From IMG/VR virus record IMGVR_UViG_3300035208_002606: a stretch of DNA of 64,000 nucleotides. The stretch is one strand, 5' to 3'. A program made the position numbers and the translations under genes. The notes beneath the pieces were generated by a model that worked only from the letters and a program-made list of their open reading frames with translations, was not told where the DNA came from and did no database searches. How positions within the stretch are numbered: the first letter of the stretch is position 1; every line of letters starts with the position of its first letter. Positions 56,801-64,000 of the stretch are shown one piece after another. The DNA comes from a virus. Lineage: Duplodnaviria; Heunggongvirae; Uroviricota; Caudoviricetes.

Positions 56801-57488
56801 TCCCGAATTTTTGGACAAGTTCACCAAGAACGACAAACTCATCAAGACCCACATTATGCAGACCGTGTTCGAAAAGTCATTCTCCAAGTTACTTCTCGCT
56901 CCTGCCAAAAAGAAACAGGTAGGATTCCTTAAATTCTTCAAGGGAAAAATTCTCGACAAGGAAGAACTTTACATCAAGGGGTTTGAGGCCATTAAGGATG
57001 ACACACCGACATTCTTCAAGAAAGTTTTAAAGGGACTTTACGAAAATATCCTAAATAATTATGGAGATGTGGAAAAACTGAAGGAATATGCCAAGGGAGT
57101 AAAGAAGGAATTGAAACAACAACAACCTATCGACCTCGTAATCCGTAAGAAGATGAGCAAGAGAATAGAAGAATACGATTCCAAGGTTCAGCATGTCAAA
57201 GCCATTCGCAACTCCAATACTACTATCAAGAGGGGAGAAACGGTCAATATCTTGTTCGTCCAAGACCCCCGACAGGTTATTCACTACGACCCCGAATTGA
57301 ACTTAAAATTCGAGATAGATTACAAAAAATACTTCCACGACTTTTTGGTGAAGAAGATTGAACTTATCGATTCTAGTCTACACTACAAACTGTTCTTGGA
57401 GAAAACGAAATTGATGGATATTTCTCAGGTCAATATCGTCAACCGCATCAAGAAGAAAAAAATCGTGTTGAAGAAATTAGGAGAGTAG
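53859..57488 (+). CDS. family B DNA polymerase (T4 gp43-like) with an intein
   Basis: FDIET, GWN/FDIPY split by the intein, YNLKD, DFSALYPS, K..NNALYG, GDTDS, KGFE. Confidence 0.95.
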   Translation: MAKHIIFVSEKDHFAKNDDYIKTKLLKKWNPQVYSHLSEEEATGLDANLVLLFGSEILYRKFPDKDFGKFFRDQDGQVFGSLQNYKDFDRLEKKETTTKIKEAREKLNKFFSRFALVRVTDHSYFYRDIDFKKIRAKNAFKANFKFVEDPEGDYLSYEGKKLKKVPKEYQTFSQTYEEHLRAKDLFYYEQYPNIAHTRLLHYCTFDIETNLSLDTAKAPEPIISIAAHSNIYDKNFVWILKKKEGQTYDKEKFKNEKIFEFLNEVKMLRHFFDTMEKLQVDLLGGWNCIPTSQSVWGENKITSILEASNKLCDSNILFKSPISKKEKWEIELINGSKIYTSSDHRTPIIRIPKEKYTNLENKICENLEMTTEEMHSSKDSLFVELKLRTNENLDNTNYNLSQLYLAGLVYTDGSIKNKKYFYKGFVVSQSDKSFLKKLPFLTTKILGPWKNNYSRNVKSSLLGNAIHLIYNDKKEKELNFQELSTLSYKQFMSFLSGLLDGDGCNIRNKGIGLCDYHEGSIDKIYELCLWNGILSSISKNRFVLRFLNLKLSDLSLLKEKRWVKLKTTKIDRNSKTKAHLKKFRIIGNKCLIRIKKIKNTKKVVEMVDITTTTKYFYTHGMKTHNCDFFDIPYLLHRSKRLGVDFKNFLAEVYESIGKDGEKSYFCHEIILWDYLRYAKWIIVENKPIAWSLDAVSKHLFNEKKIEHEGIDVLWAKKDLSDLIEYNLKDVYLTEKIAQMQKIIEFPILYQKIAPQTYENVYFNSRFLETMIHQRFKQFKFPSKKKQKLSSTFKGALVLETKPGLFENVSVFDFSALYPSIMISLNLSKDTIIEDLKDFDPKTDIRIGNVMFTGKRKGVVPQLAQLLLTERNKLKKRKMEFSGDSQEFKILNDLEACFKATNNALYGVLGFRGFILYDQRVASSVTHVARETLRFVKHAAEEQGYQILTGDTDSIFIKVQSDSLEETIQKSKHLQDIFNKGLPEFLDKFTKNDKLIKTHIMQTVFEKSFSKLLLAPAKKKQVGFLKFFKGKILDKEELYIKGFEAIKDDTPTFFKKVLKGLYENILNNYGDVEKLKEYAKGVKKELKQQQPIDLVIRKKMSKRIEEYDSKVQHVKAIRNSNTTIKRGETVNILFVQDPRQVIHYDPELNLKFEIDYKKYFHDFLVKKIELIDSSLHYKLFLEKTKLMDISQVNIVNRIKKKKIVLKKLGE
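54720..55733 (+). mobile_element. intein with LAGLIDADG homing endonuclease (338 aa)
   Basis: starts CIPTSQ and ends KTHN before Cys; YLAGLVYTDG and FLSGLLDGDG; AT-rich against flanks. Confidence 0.92.
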
Positions 57489-57491
57489 AAA

Positions 57492-57881
57492 ATGTTAGAC
57501 GACAATTATGGCCAGGAGTTGTACCAACAAATGAGTAATAATGTTTCAAGCCAGTATTATATTACTACGGACACTACCGCCGTACCACCAAACTATGGTG
57601 GGCAATTGACTATTACTCCCGCCGTGCAACACAATCACGCCATCAATCCTTTAGGTGGGCTGTGGTATGACGCATCGCGCCCAGGAATCAATTACGAAGA
57701 AAGTTTCGGAAAACTAATCATCTTTATTCTAGGTTCGTCAAAAGTTTCTCAGGATATAAAGGATGAGTTTATCAATCAAGGAATGAGATTGGAGGAATTT
57801 CGGAAGTATGTCAAGGAATATTTCCCGCAGTACATCGATAAAATAACCTTATGGGAAAAACTCCATCTTAACGAAAAATAG
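57492..57881 (+). CDS. hypothetical protein
   Basis: AGGAG RBS. Confidence 0.5.
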   Translation: MLDDNYGQELYQQMSNNVSSQYYITTDTTAVPPNYGGQLTITPAVQHNHAINPLGGLWYDASRPGINYEESFGKLIIFILGSSKVSQDIKDEFINQGMRLEEFRKYVKEYFPQYIDKITLWEKLHLNEK

Positions 57882-57912
57882 CAGTAAACAATAAATAAAA
57901 AGGAGAGTAAAA

Positions 57913-58047
57913 ATGTCATTTGAAGAGATGATTGATTTGATTTCAGTTTTGAATTATTCCGTTAAAGTAGGAGCCATTAGTCCCATAGTAGCAGGACAAT
58001 ATATCGAGGTAATAGTAAAAAGAATACTTGATATACCTAGAAAATAG
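57913..58047 (+). CDS. 44-aa hypothetical peptide between direct repeats (not in the ORF track)
   Basis: AAGGAG RBS; MSFEEMIDLISVLNYSVKVGAISPIVAGQYIEVIVKRILDIPRK. Confidence 0.45.
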   Translation: MSFEEMIDLISVLNYSVKVGAISPIVAGQYIEVIVKRILDIPRK

Positions 58048-58070
58048 CAGTAGACAATAAATAGGATTGT

Positions 58071-58826
58071 ATGAGTGAAGTAAAAAATATTATTTATCAA
58101 GCACAAAACAAACAACGAAAATGTTTTTACATAGGATATTCATCTAGGGGGTTATCTTCTAGAAAACACACACATAAACAAGGGTGTTTTCAAAAAAATC
58201 AAAATATTAAATTTTATAATTTTCTTAGAAAATACGGATGGGATAGTTTTACTTGGGAAATACTAGCAGTTTATCCCACAAAAGAAGAGTTACCTGAAGC
58301 CGAACGATATTGGCTAATTAAAGAAAAGAAAAATCGACCAGATTGGGAGTATTTGAATATGACAGAAGGAGGAGAGGGGTCTCTAGGTCATATAGTTAGT
58401 GATAAACAGAAACAGATACAAAGTATAAAAATGTCAGGAAAAAATCATCCTTTTTGGGGTAAAAAAAGACCCGAACATTCAGAAAAAATGAAAGGAAAGT
58501 TTTTGGGATTTAAACATACAGAAGAAACAAGAATGAAAATGAGAAAACCCAAATCTGAAGAAGCAAAACAACATATGCGAAAACCAAAAACCCATGAACA
58601 TAATCAAAAAAATTCTTTAGCGCATATGGGCCTTCAAGTAGGAAAAAAAAATGGAATGTGGGGAAAACACCCTATACCGTGGAATAAAGGACAATTAAAA
58701 CTTTCTATTAAAAATATTTCAAAAATTAAAGAACTTTTATTAAAAAAAAATATAACACAACACAAAATTGCAACAATATTTAATGTTGCTGATTCTATGA
58801 TTACAAAAATAAAAAAGGAGATATAA
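58071..58826 (+). CDS. GIY-YIG homing endonuclease
   Basis: IIYQAQN...FYIG, LNMTEGG, HPFWGKK, PWNKG, C-terminal HTH. Confidence 0.8.
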   Translation: MSEVKNIIYQAQNKQRKCFYIGYSSRGLSSRKHTHKQGCFQKNQNIKFYNFLRKYGWDSFTWEILAVYPTKEELPEAERYWLIKEKKNRPDWEYLNMTEGGEGSLGHIVSDKQKQIQSIKMSGKNHPFWGKKRPEHSEKMKGKFLGFKHTEETRMKMRKPKSEEAKQHMRKPKTHEHNQKNSLAHMGLQVGKKNGMWGKHPIPWNKGQLKLSIKNISKIKELLLKKNITQHKIATIFNVADSMITKIKKEI

Positions 58827-58828
58827 TT

Positions 58829-59044
58829 ATGTTTAATGAAAATGGAATGGAAGAACTTAAAATGCTTGTGGGGGAAATAGAAATGCAAGTTAACTCTTTT
58901 CTCGCAGATGCCAAAAAAGAAGTTGCGCCCAAGAGCGCATGGTTGAGAGCGAGACGAACAACGATTACCCTGCAAAAGCAGTTTAAACAATTTAGAAATT
59001 TATCAGTTCAAGTAGCAAAAGAATTAAAAAAGGAGAAAAAATAA
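58829..59044 (+). CDS. histone H1-like Hc1-family protein
   Basis: F.ADA.K...KSA..RARR....L.K..K.FR..S pattern. Confidence 0.6.
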   Translation: MFNENGMEELKMLVGEIEMQVNSFLADAKKEVAPKSAWLRARRTTITLQKQFKQFRNLSVQVAKELKKEKK

Positions 59045-59340
59045 TGGAACTTATTAACAATGATGGAAATGGAAAAGAGCAAAAGGCAACAGATACTACC
59101 CCAAAAGAAGAAAAACCGAAGACTCACGAAGATTATCTAAGACAATTTTCCGAAGAATTAAATAGTATTTTGGTCAAAGGCTATCCTCTGACCGCTGTTT
59201 TACAGGTGTTAGATACTGTCGTATTCGAACTTCGTATGGACATGTACATGCGGCAGATGGCGGCAATAGAACAAGCACAACGCAATCAGAAGCACATCGA
59301 AATCCCCCATATGAAGATACCCACAGGCAAACAAAAATAA
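59044..59340 (+). CDS. hypothetical protein
   Basis: coupled start. Confidence 0.5.
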   Translation: MELINNDGNGKEQKATDTTPKEEKPKTHEDYLRQFSEELNSILVKGYPLTAVLQVLDTVVFELRMDMYMRQMAAIEQAQRNQKHIEIPHMKIPTGKQK

Positions 59341-59389
59341 AAAATAATTTCAGTAGAAATAATAAATACTTTTGTGGAGGCATAACAAT

Positions 59390-60493
59390 ATGGAAAAAAA
59401 ACTCTTAGAGCAAGATTTGGAACCCATTCAAGACGAAGTTCCTGAGGATTCCGCACCAATAGACAGCGATTTGGATTTGGAAGAATTTAGTGACGAAGCC
59501 GAGGAAATGGGAGAAAATGATTATCAATATGTTTTAACTGTTGAGCAGGAAGACGCAGAAGATGGTCAAAATCTTGAGCCTGAGTTCACATTCCTGTTGA
59601 CTCCAAAGGAAGCCGCAGAGAAAGAAGAGAGTGATGAATTGGAGCAGATTGAAGACACAAGTGCCGATATTGAAGGCGCACAAGCCCCTGAAGCGTCCGT
59701 TGCTCCTGCTCCTGCCGCACCGCTTCCTGAATCAGTTTGGAGTGATTTGGAGCCTTTGACGGAACAAGGTGAAGGCGCAATCATGCCTGCCGGCGGCGAG
59801 AATACTCCTCCACCGCCTCCTGCCGATGCCGCTCCTGCTCCTGTGGAAGAACCTCTTCCTGAGGGTGAGCCTGAGTTGGAAGAAGTCGAACCTATTCGTC
59901 TTTCTGCCGAAGATATCAAAGGCTTCTTGGAAAGCGGAGATGTCGAACTCAAGTTCAGTATTGACGAGGAGACCGAGTTCAGTATTGAAGAGGCCATTGA
60001 TTACTTGAAACTTTATCCCGATTCAGAAATTTATGTCACCGTCAAAAGTGACCTAGCCGAGTTCAAGGAAAAGTTGGACGAATTCCTAGCGGGTAAGGAA
60101 GAGGGAGAAGTCGAAGCCGCAACCGAGACTCAGAATGTCGAAGTTGACAACGAAGGCGAATCTCTCGACCTCAAGAATACTCCTCAGGCAAATCCCGCAA
60201 CTCCACAACCCCAACAGGAATCATTCTCAATCTTTAATATTCGGGGAAAGAAAAATCTTCCTGACGGCATCTACATCGGACATCTTGCAGAGAACAAACT
60301 GTACGGGAGAATTGATGTCAAATTGACTGCCAGCAAATTAGTCATCGACAAGGATGTCTTCGAATTGAAGGAGAATCTCGACATTGCCGAGGCCAAGGAC
60401 AAGGAAACAATCGGCTTGGTTCTAAACGAGAACGAAGTTGAGAAACTTGTGAAGGTCTTGGAAGAGAAGGCAGATATTAGAGTCAACCTGTAA
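59390..60493 (+). CDS. highly acidic, Pro/Ala-rich late protein (prohead core/scaffold-like)
   Basis: TAAATA plus GGAGG; many [LP]xE-[SQ] sites. Confidence 0.45.
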   Translation: MEKKLLEQDLEPIQDEVPEDSAPIDSDLDLEEFSDEAEEMGENDYQYVLTVEQEDAEDGQNLEPEFTFLLTPKEAAEKEESDELEQIEDTSADIEGAQAPEASVAPAPAAPLPESVWSDLEPLTEQGEGAIMPAGGENTPPPPPADAAPAPVEEPLPEGEPELEEVEPIRLSAEDIKGFLESGDVELKFSIDEETEFSIEEAIDYLKLYPDSEIYVTVKSDLAEFKEKLDEFLAGKEEGEVEAATETQNVEVDNEGESLDLKNTPQANPATPQPQQESFSIFNIRGKKNLPDGIYIGHLAENKLYGRIDVKLTASKLVIDKDVFELKENLDIAEAKDKETIGLVLNENEVEKLVKVLEEKADIRVNL

Positions 60494-60497
60494 ATAG

Positions 60498-60547
60498 AAA
60501 AACCCGCCGTATTCCTCTCCAACCGAATCGGCGGGTTTTTTATTTTT
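60498..60547 (+). terminator. rho-independent terminator
   Basis: aaaaacccgccg...cggcgggtttttt. Confidence 0.75.
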
Positions 60548-60560
60548 AGACTAAATATAG

Positions 60561-61028
60561 GTGATGAGCGGGTTTAAAAAAATAATCGTAGAGAATCATT
60601 ACAAGAAAAACTTAACGCAACGAAAACTCTGTTTCCGTTCTAATTGGGAAATAGCATTTGCTAATTTTCTTGACAGCAACACCAATGTCAAGGAGTGGAG
60701 AAACGACTTCCCCATCAAGTACAAAGATAAATACGGCTCCCAAAAAATCAAAACTTATTATGTCGATTTTAAGGTTGATATGACTGACGGGGGTATTCTA
60801 CTCTGCGAAGTCAAACCCGTTAAAACTCTTACCCGCCGTGTCAAAACCGACTCTTTCCGGTTTAAAAGAATCCATGCCACAAACTACGCAAAAAATTTGG
60901 CAAAATTCGAGACCGTGGAACTCTTCTGCCGTAAAATCGGATGGAAATTTTTCCTTATAGACAAACAAAAACATCAATTTAAATTTTATCGATGGGATGT
61001 CCAAAACCAAATACCTATTTTAGTGTAG
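60561..61028 (+). CDS. head completion nuclease (T4 gp4-like, TnsA-type)
   Basis: RSNWE..F...LD.N..V..W, YYVDF, EVKP, N.AK......C...GW.F. Confidence 0.8.
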   Translation: MMSGFKKIIVENHYKKNLTQRKLCFRSNWEIAFANFLDSNTNVKEWRNDFPIKYKDKYGSQKIKTYYVDFKVDMTDGGILLCEVKPVKTLTRRVKTDSFRFKRIHATNYAKNLAKFETVELFCRKIGWKFFLIDKQKHQFKFYRWDVQNQIPILV

Positions 61029-61070
61029 TTTATTTCGCAAAATAATAAATAACAACGGAGGAAGCAATTC

Positions 61071-61874
61071 ATGGGAACAAGATGTAATATTGGCTATCAT
61101 ATGAAAAATGGAAGAATTCGCCATGTCTATAGTCATTGGGATGGCTATCCCGAAGGAGTTGGAGCGATTCTTTATGACCATTATAGAGATTGGGCCAAAG
61201 TTAAGAAATTAATTGACCTTGGTGATATTTCTAGTTTGGGTCCAGAAATAGGAGAGAAGCATGACTTCAATGCTCCCTATGATGAAAAGTACACAGGAAC
61301 TACTTTTTATGGCAGAGACCGTGATGAAAAAGATACAGCTGCCCGTGTTTCTAGAGATAAGGATTCTTACGCTAAAAAGGCAGACGATTCAGGCGCAGAG
61401 TATGCTTATCTTTTTTCTCCTCCCACAAAGAAATGGGAAGTATTAAAAATAGGATACGGAAAAACAGGTAGAAGATGGCAAGACTTAGGAAAAGTCTTAG
61501 GGAGAACAAATAAAATGGAAAATGATATGGACTTAGTACACGGCGAAAGTAACCCTTTTGAATCGATTACCAAAAAGGACATTTACCAATACGGCACAAA
61601 AGAGGAAATTGCATTCCTTAAAGAGGCGATAGACTTGGGGGTTGCGGGAGCCATCAGTATCCCGAAGGAACCATCCACGGACGAAAAAATCGAAGCACAA
61701 CTGAAGAGAAGCACTTTTCCCTTAATCAACAGGATGCACACTAGCATTATTTCGGCACAAAATGAATTCAATAAAATTCCCGCCGAGTACCGCAAGCAGA
61801 ACATTCAAGGTAAGATTGCCAAAGTGTTCGGAGCAATCGGGAAAATGAAAAAGCATATCGAAGGGAGGGTATAA
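61071..61874 (+). CDS. conserved phage protein (MGTR...Y.HWDGYP family) with an internal tag
   Basis: HWDGYPEGVG..L..HY, GDISSL, EYAYLF; ITKKDIYQYGTKEEIAFLKE. Confidence 0.65.
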   Translation: MGTRCNIGYHMKNGRIRHVYSHWDGYPEGVGAILYDHYRDWAKVKKLIDLGDISSLGPEIGEKHDFNAPYDEKYTGTTFYGRDRDEKDTAARVSRDKDSYAKKADDSGAEYAYLFSPPTKKWEVLKIGYGKTGRRWQDLGKVLGRTNKMENDMDLVHGESNPFESITKKDIYQYGTKEEIAFLKEAIDLGVAGAISIPKEPSTDEKIEAQLKRSTFPLINRMHTSIISAQNEFNKIPAEYRKQNIQGKIAKVFGAIGKMKKHIEGRV

Positions 61875-61876
61875 GA

Positions 61877-62302
61877 ATGGCAGATGTAGTTCAGGCTGAA
61901 AAAAGCCGCGCACTTGACAAAGCAATCAATCATTACAAGAACATCAATCGGTATTTTTCAGACATCGTAGGTATTTTGAAGTTGGATATGCCGCAGAACC
62001 AAAAGGATGTTCAGACATTCTTAAAGTCCATCGGATATACCGCTGAAGACTTGGCTGAATACAACGAAGTCTTTGGAGAGGAAGGAGTCTTTATTAATGC
62101 CGTGGCAGATTTGGAAGAGATGCAGAAAATGCTGACCTCGCAACTTCCTCAATACACAGAATCCCCAAGTGCAACCGCACAAATTCCTCAAGATATGGAT
62201 GTAAACGAAATTGTTCCTGAAACCGAAGAGGAACTCAGCGGCCCTCAGGAACAGGAAATAGGTGGGCCTGATTTGACTCAGGAAGAACCCATTTCGATGT
62301 AG
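61877..62302 (+). CDS. hypothetical acidic protein
   Basis: GGAGG RBS. Confidence 0.5.
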   Translation: MADVVQAEKSRALDKAINHYKNINRYFSDIVGILKLDMPQNQKDVQTFLKSIGYTAEDLAEYNEVFGEEGVFINAVADLEEMQKMLTSQLPQYTESPSATAQIPQDMDVNEIVPETEEELSGPQEQEIGGPDLTQEEPISM

Positions 62303-62310
62303 GAGGCAAC

Positions 62311-62937
62311 ATGAATTTCAACGAGAGATTAAAAATATTTTTGGGAGAAGAGGAAGTCAAACCCAACGAATCTGGGAAGGTAAACAAAGACCCTGAATCC
62401 CAAGTCAAGCCCGAAAAGGCTTTGGAGATTTCCAAGGATGTCAAAACCCTCAAGCAGTTCTTCACTTTGGTGAATCCTCTGCGTGGCGAAGTTAAGCGTT
62501 CGGCATTGTTCCGCTACATCAAGGAGTTCCGTCAAAGGGGCAAGGATGTCATCATCCTGAAAAATAAGAACGAGGTCGGCGTGGAACTTTGTCCTGGGCT
62601 GTATCCGTTCTTTGCTGTCAATCGCACCGAATTGAGTGCGTTCCTTGCATCGATTATGGAAGACGAAGGGGCCATGAAGGACTTTGCTAACCAAATCGAA
62701 ACCATTTACACTCAGGAAGAGACCGAACTTCAACCCGTGGATTATATCGATTTTGTCATCAAGAACAAAATTTCGATTATGACGAATCCTGCCGAAGAGT
62801 CATTTGGCGTGGATACACCGAGCGATTCCGTCCCGACTAATATGACTCCGAAGAATCAGGAAGATTTATCCGTCAAGCCTAAGGAAGTAGAGGATTCGGA
62901 AGGGATTGATAAGAGTCAGGAGAAAGAGGAGGAGTAG
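62311..62937 (+). CDS. hypothetical protein
   Basis: AGGAGG RBS; FLGE-E near the N-terminus. Confidence 0.5.
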   Translation: MNFNERLKIFLGEEEVKPNESGKVNKDPESQVKPEKALEISKDVKTLKQFFTLVNPLRGEVKRSALFRYIKEFRQRGKDVIILKNKNEVGVELCPGLYPFFAVNRTELSAFLASIMEDEGAMKDFANQIETIYTQEETELQPVDYIDFVIKNKISIMTNPAEESFGVDTPSDSVPTNMTPKNQEDLSVKPKEVEDSEGIDKSQEKEEE

Positions 62938-62940
62938 AAA

Positions 62941-63291
62941 ATGAAACTCACCAAAGAAGATATTCAGAAGTATGGGACGGAAGACGAGAAAGAGTTTTTA
63001 AATCTTAAAGAAATAAGTTTTGATTCCATATCAACAGCAGGATGGGATAAAGATATAGTAAGAGTAAAAGTAACTTTTACTGGAATAGAAGGAATAAAGG
63101 AAGAGGAAGGCACAACTACTTTTCATTTGGGCAAATTCAAATTAGTTGCTCAAGAAGACCCGATAGCAGAACATAAAACTGATATATATGCTAAACTTTT
63201 TGACAAAAATAAAAAACAAATACGGACATTCAATAGTTTAGATATTGAAGGGGCTTTAAATGATGCCATTGATTTTATTTTGAATTTATAG
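62941..63291 (+). CDS. putative internal head protein (N-terminal tag)
   Basis: MKLTKEDIQKYGTEDEKEFLNLKE. Confidence 0.55.
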   Translation: MKLTKEDIQKYGTEDEKEFLNLKEISFDSISTAGWDKDIVRVKVTFTGIEGIKEEEGTTTFHLGKFKLVAQEDPIAEHKTDIYAKLFDKNKKQIRTFNSLDIEGALNDAIDFILNL

Positions 63292-63300
63292 GAGTAGAAC

Positions 63301-63705
63301 ATGAAACTCACCAAGGAAGACATTCAAAAATATGGGACGGAAGACGAAAAGAAAATTCTTTTAGAAACGGGCGAGATGGGGCAATATGATATTGAAACGG
63401 GCGGGGATTGGTATGAAGCGGCCCAAACACTTAAACAAGCAGCACGACACATTGGAAAATTGACAAAGGGGATGTTAGAATTTATCAAGATTAGACCCTT
63501 TGACCAATATCTAGGCCCATATGCACAATGTAAAGCATTTGGTTCTTGGGCAAGATTATGGTTTTCCACACCTGGCGATAATATGTTTTACTTAGAAGGC
63601 CCGGCAGATATAGACATGGAGGGAGATGTCTACGATATTGCAAGACAAATGCGACAATATCAAAAAAGGGAAATGACGAAACTTGCACAAGAACACGGAG
63701 GTTAA
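63301..63705 (+). CDS. putative internal head protein (N-terminal tag)
   Basis: MKLTKEDIQKYGTEDEKKILLE. Confidence 0.55.
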   Translation: MKLTKEDIQKYGTEDEKKILLETGEMGQYDIETGGDWYEAAQTLKQAARHIGKLTKGMLEFIKIRPFDQYLGPYAQCKAFGSWARLWFSTPGDNMFYLEGPADIDMEGDVYDIARQMRQYQKREMTKLAQEHGG

Positions 63706-63708
63706 AAC

Positions 63709-63987
63709 ATGAAACTCACCCAAAAAGATATATCCAAATACGCAACCGAAGACGAACTTTATCTTTTGGAAGCGGCAGAAGCAGAGGGAAAAAATATTTT
63801 GCTCGAAGAAGTAAAAGTCGGTAAAAAGTTATTGAGTTGGGATGAATCTCAAATTCTTCAAGATGAGGCCGATGACATGAAGGAGAATTGGGAAGATAGG
63901 GGATTTGACCAAGAACCAACGGACGATGAAATAAATAATATGATATCTCATGAACCATTGGACTGGTATTGGGATGATTTTGCCTAG
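63709..63987 (+). CDS. putative internal head protein (N-terminal tag)
   Basis: MKLTQKDISKYATEDELYLLE. Confidence 0.55.
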   Translation: MKLTQKDISKYATEDELYLLEAAEAEGKNILLEEVKVGKKLLSWDESQILQDEADDMKENWEDRGFDQEPTDDEINNMISHEPLDWYWDDFA

Positions 63988-64000
63988 GCTTTAGACGAAA

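Noticed and set aside
5212-63958. Numerous minus-strand and nested short ORFs in the track
   Set aside because: They are antisense shadows of well-supported + strand genes, without RBSs or motifs. Only the nested MTase frame has independent support.
1-64000. Alternative genetic code (stop-codon reassignment)
   Set aside because: Core genes are full length in the standard code, and TAA, TAG and TGA all serve as stops at tight gene junctions.

Overview
This window is 64 kb of a large T4-like (Tevenvirinae-related or jumbo) lytic phage genome, almost all on the + strand. It covers the replication, recombination and nucleotide-metabolism region: gp32 SSB, UvsX, gp41 helicase, gp55 late sigma, gp47/gp46, primase, UvsW, RNase H, UvsY, gp45/44/62 clamp and loader, intein-containing gp43 polymerase, class II RNR, ThyX and an IMPDH/GMP reductase-family enzyme. 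Head-related genes begin at the right end. Ten free-standing homing-endonuclease-like genes are interspersed. The most notable signals are: (1) seven tandem, self-complementary Y-RNA-like modules with variable structured cargo, directly upstream of a phage Ro60/TROVE gene; (2) a five-copy structured leader RNA ahead of endonucleases of three unrelated families, in which a hairpin loop co-varies with the Shine-Dalgarno region (pseudoknot), with two of these cassettes leaving an orphaned 5' end of the downstream gene; (3) adjacent small Cys-rich paralogs that each carry a different fragment of a T4-type major capsid protein, one being the Gol-peptide region; (4) a C5 DNA methyltransferase split over two overlapping frames with six repeated modules; (5) a shared ~20-aa capsid-targeting-like tag on six unrelated proteins; (6) an Hsp20 gene enclosed by a perfect 13-bp inverted repeat, and a PgaC-like synthase paired with a beta-barrel protein. 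All calls come from motif reading and recalled family knowledge; no searches or folding programs were run.
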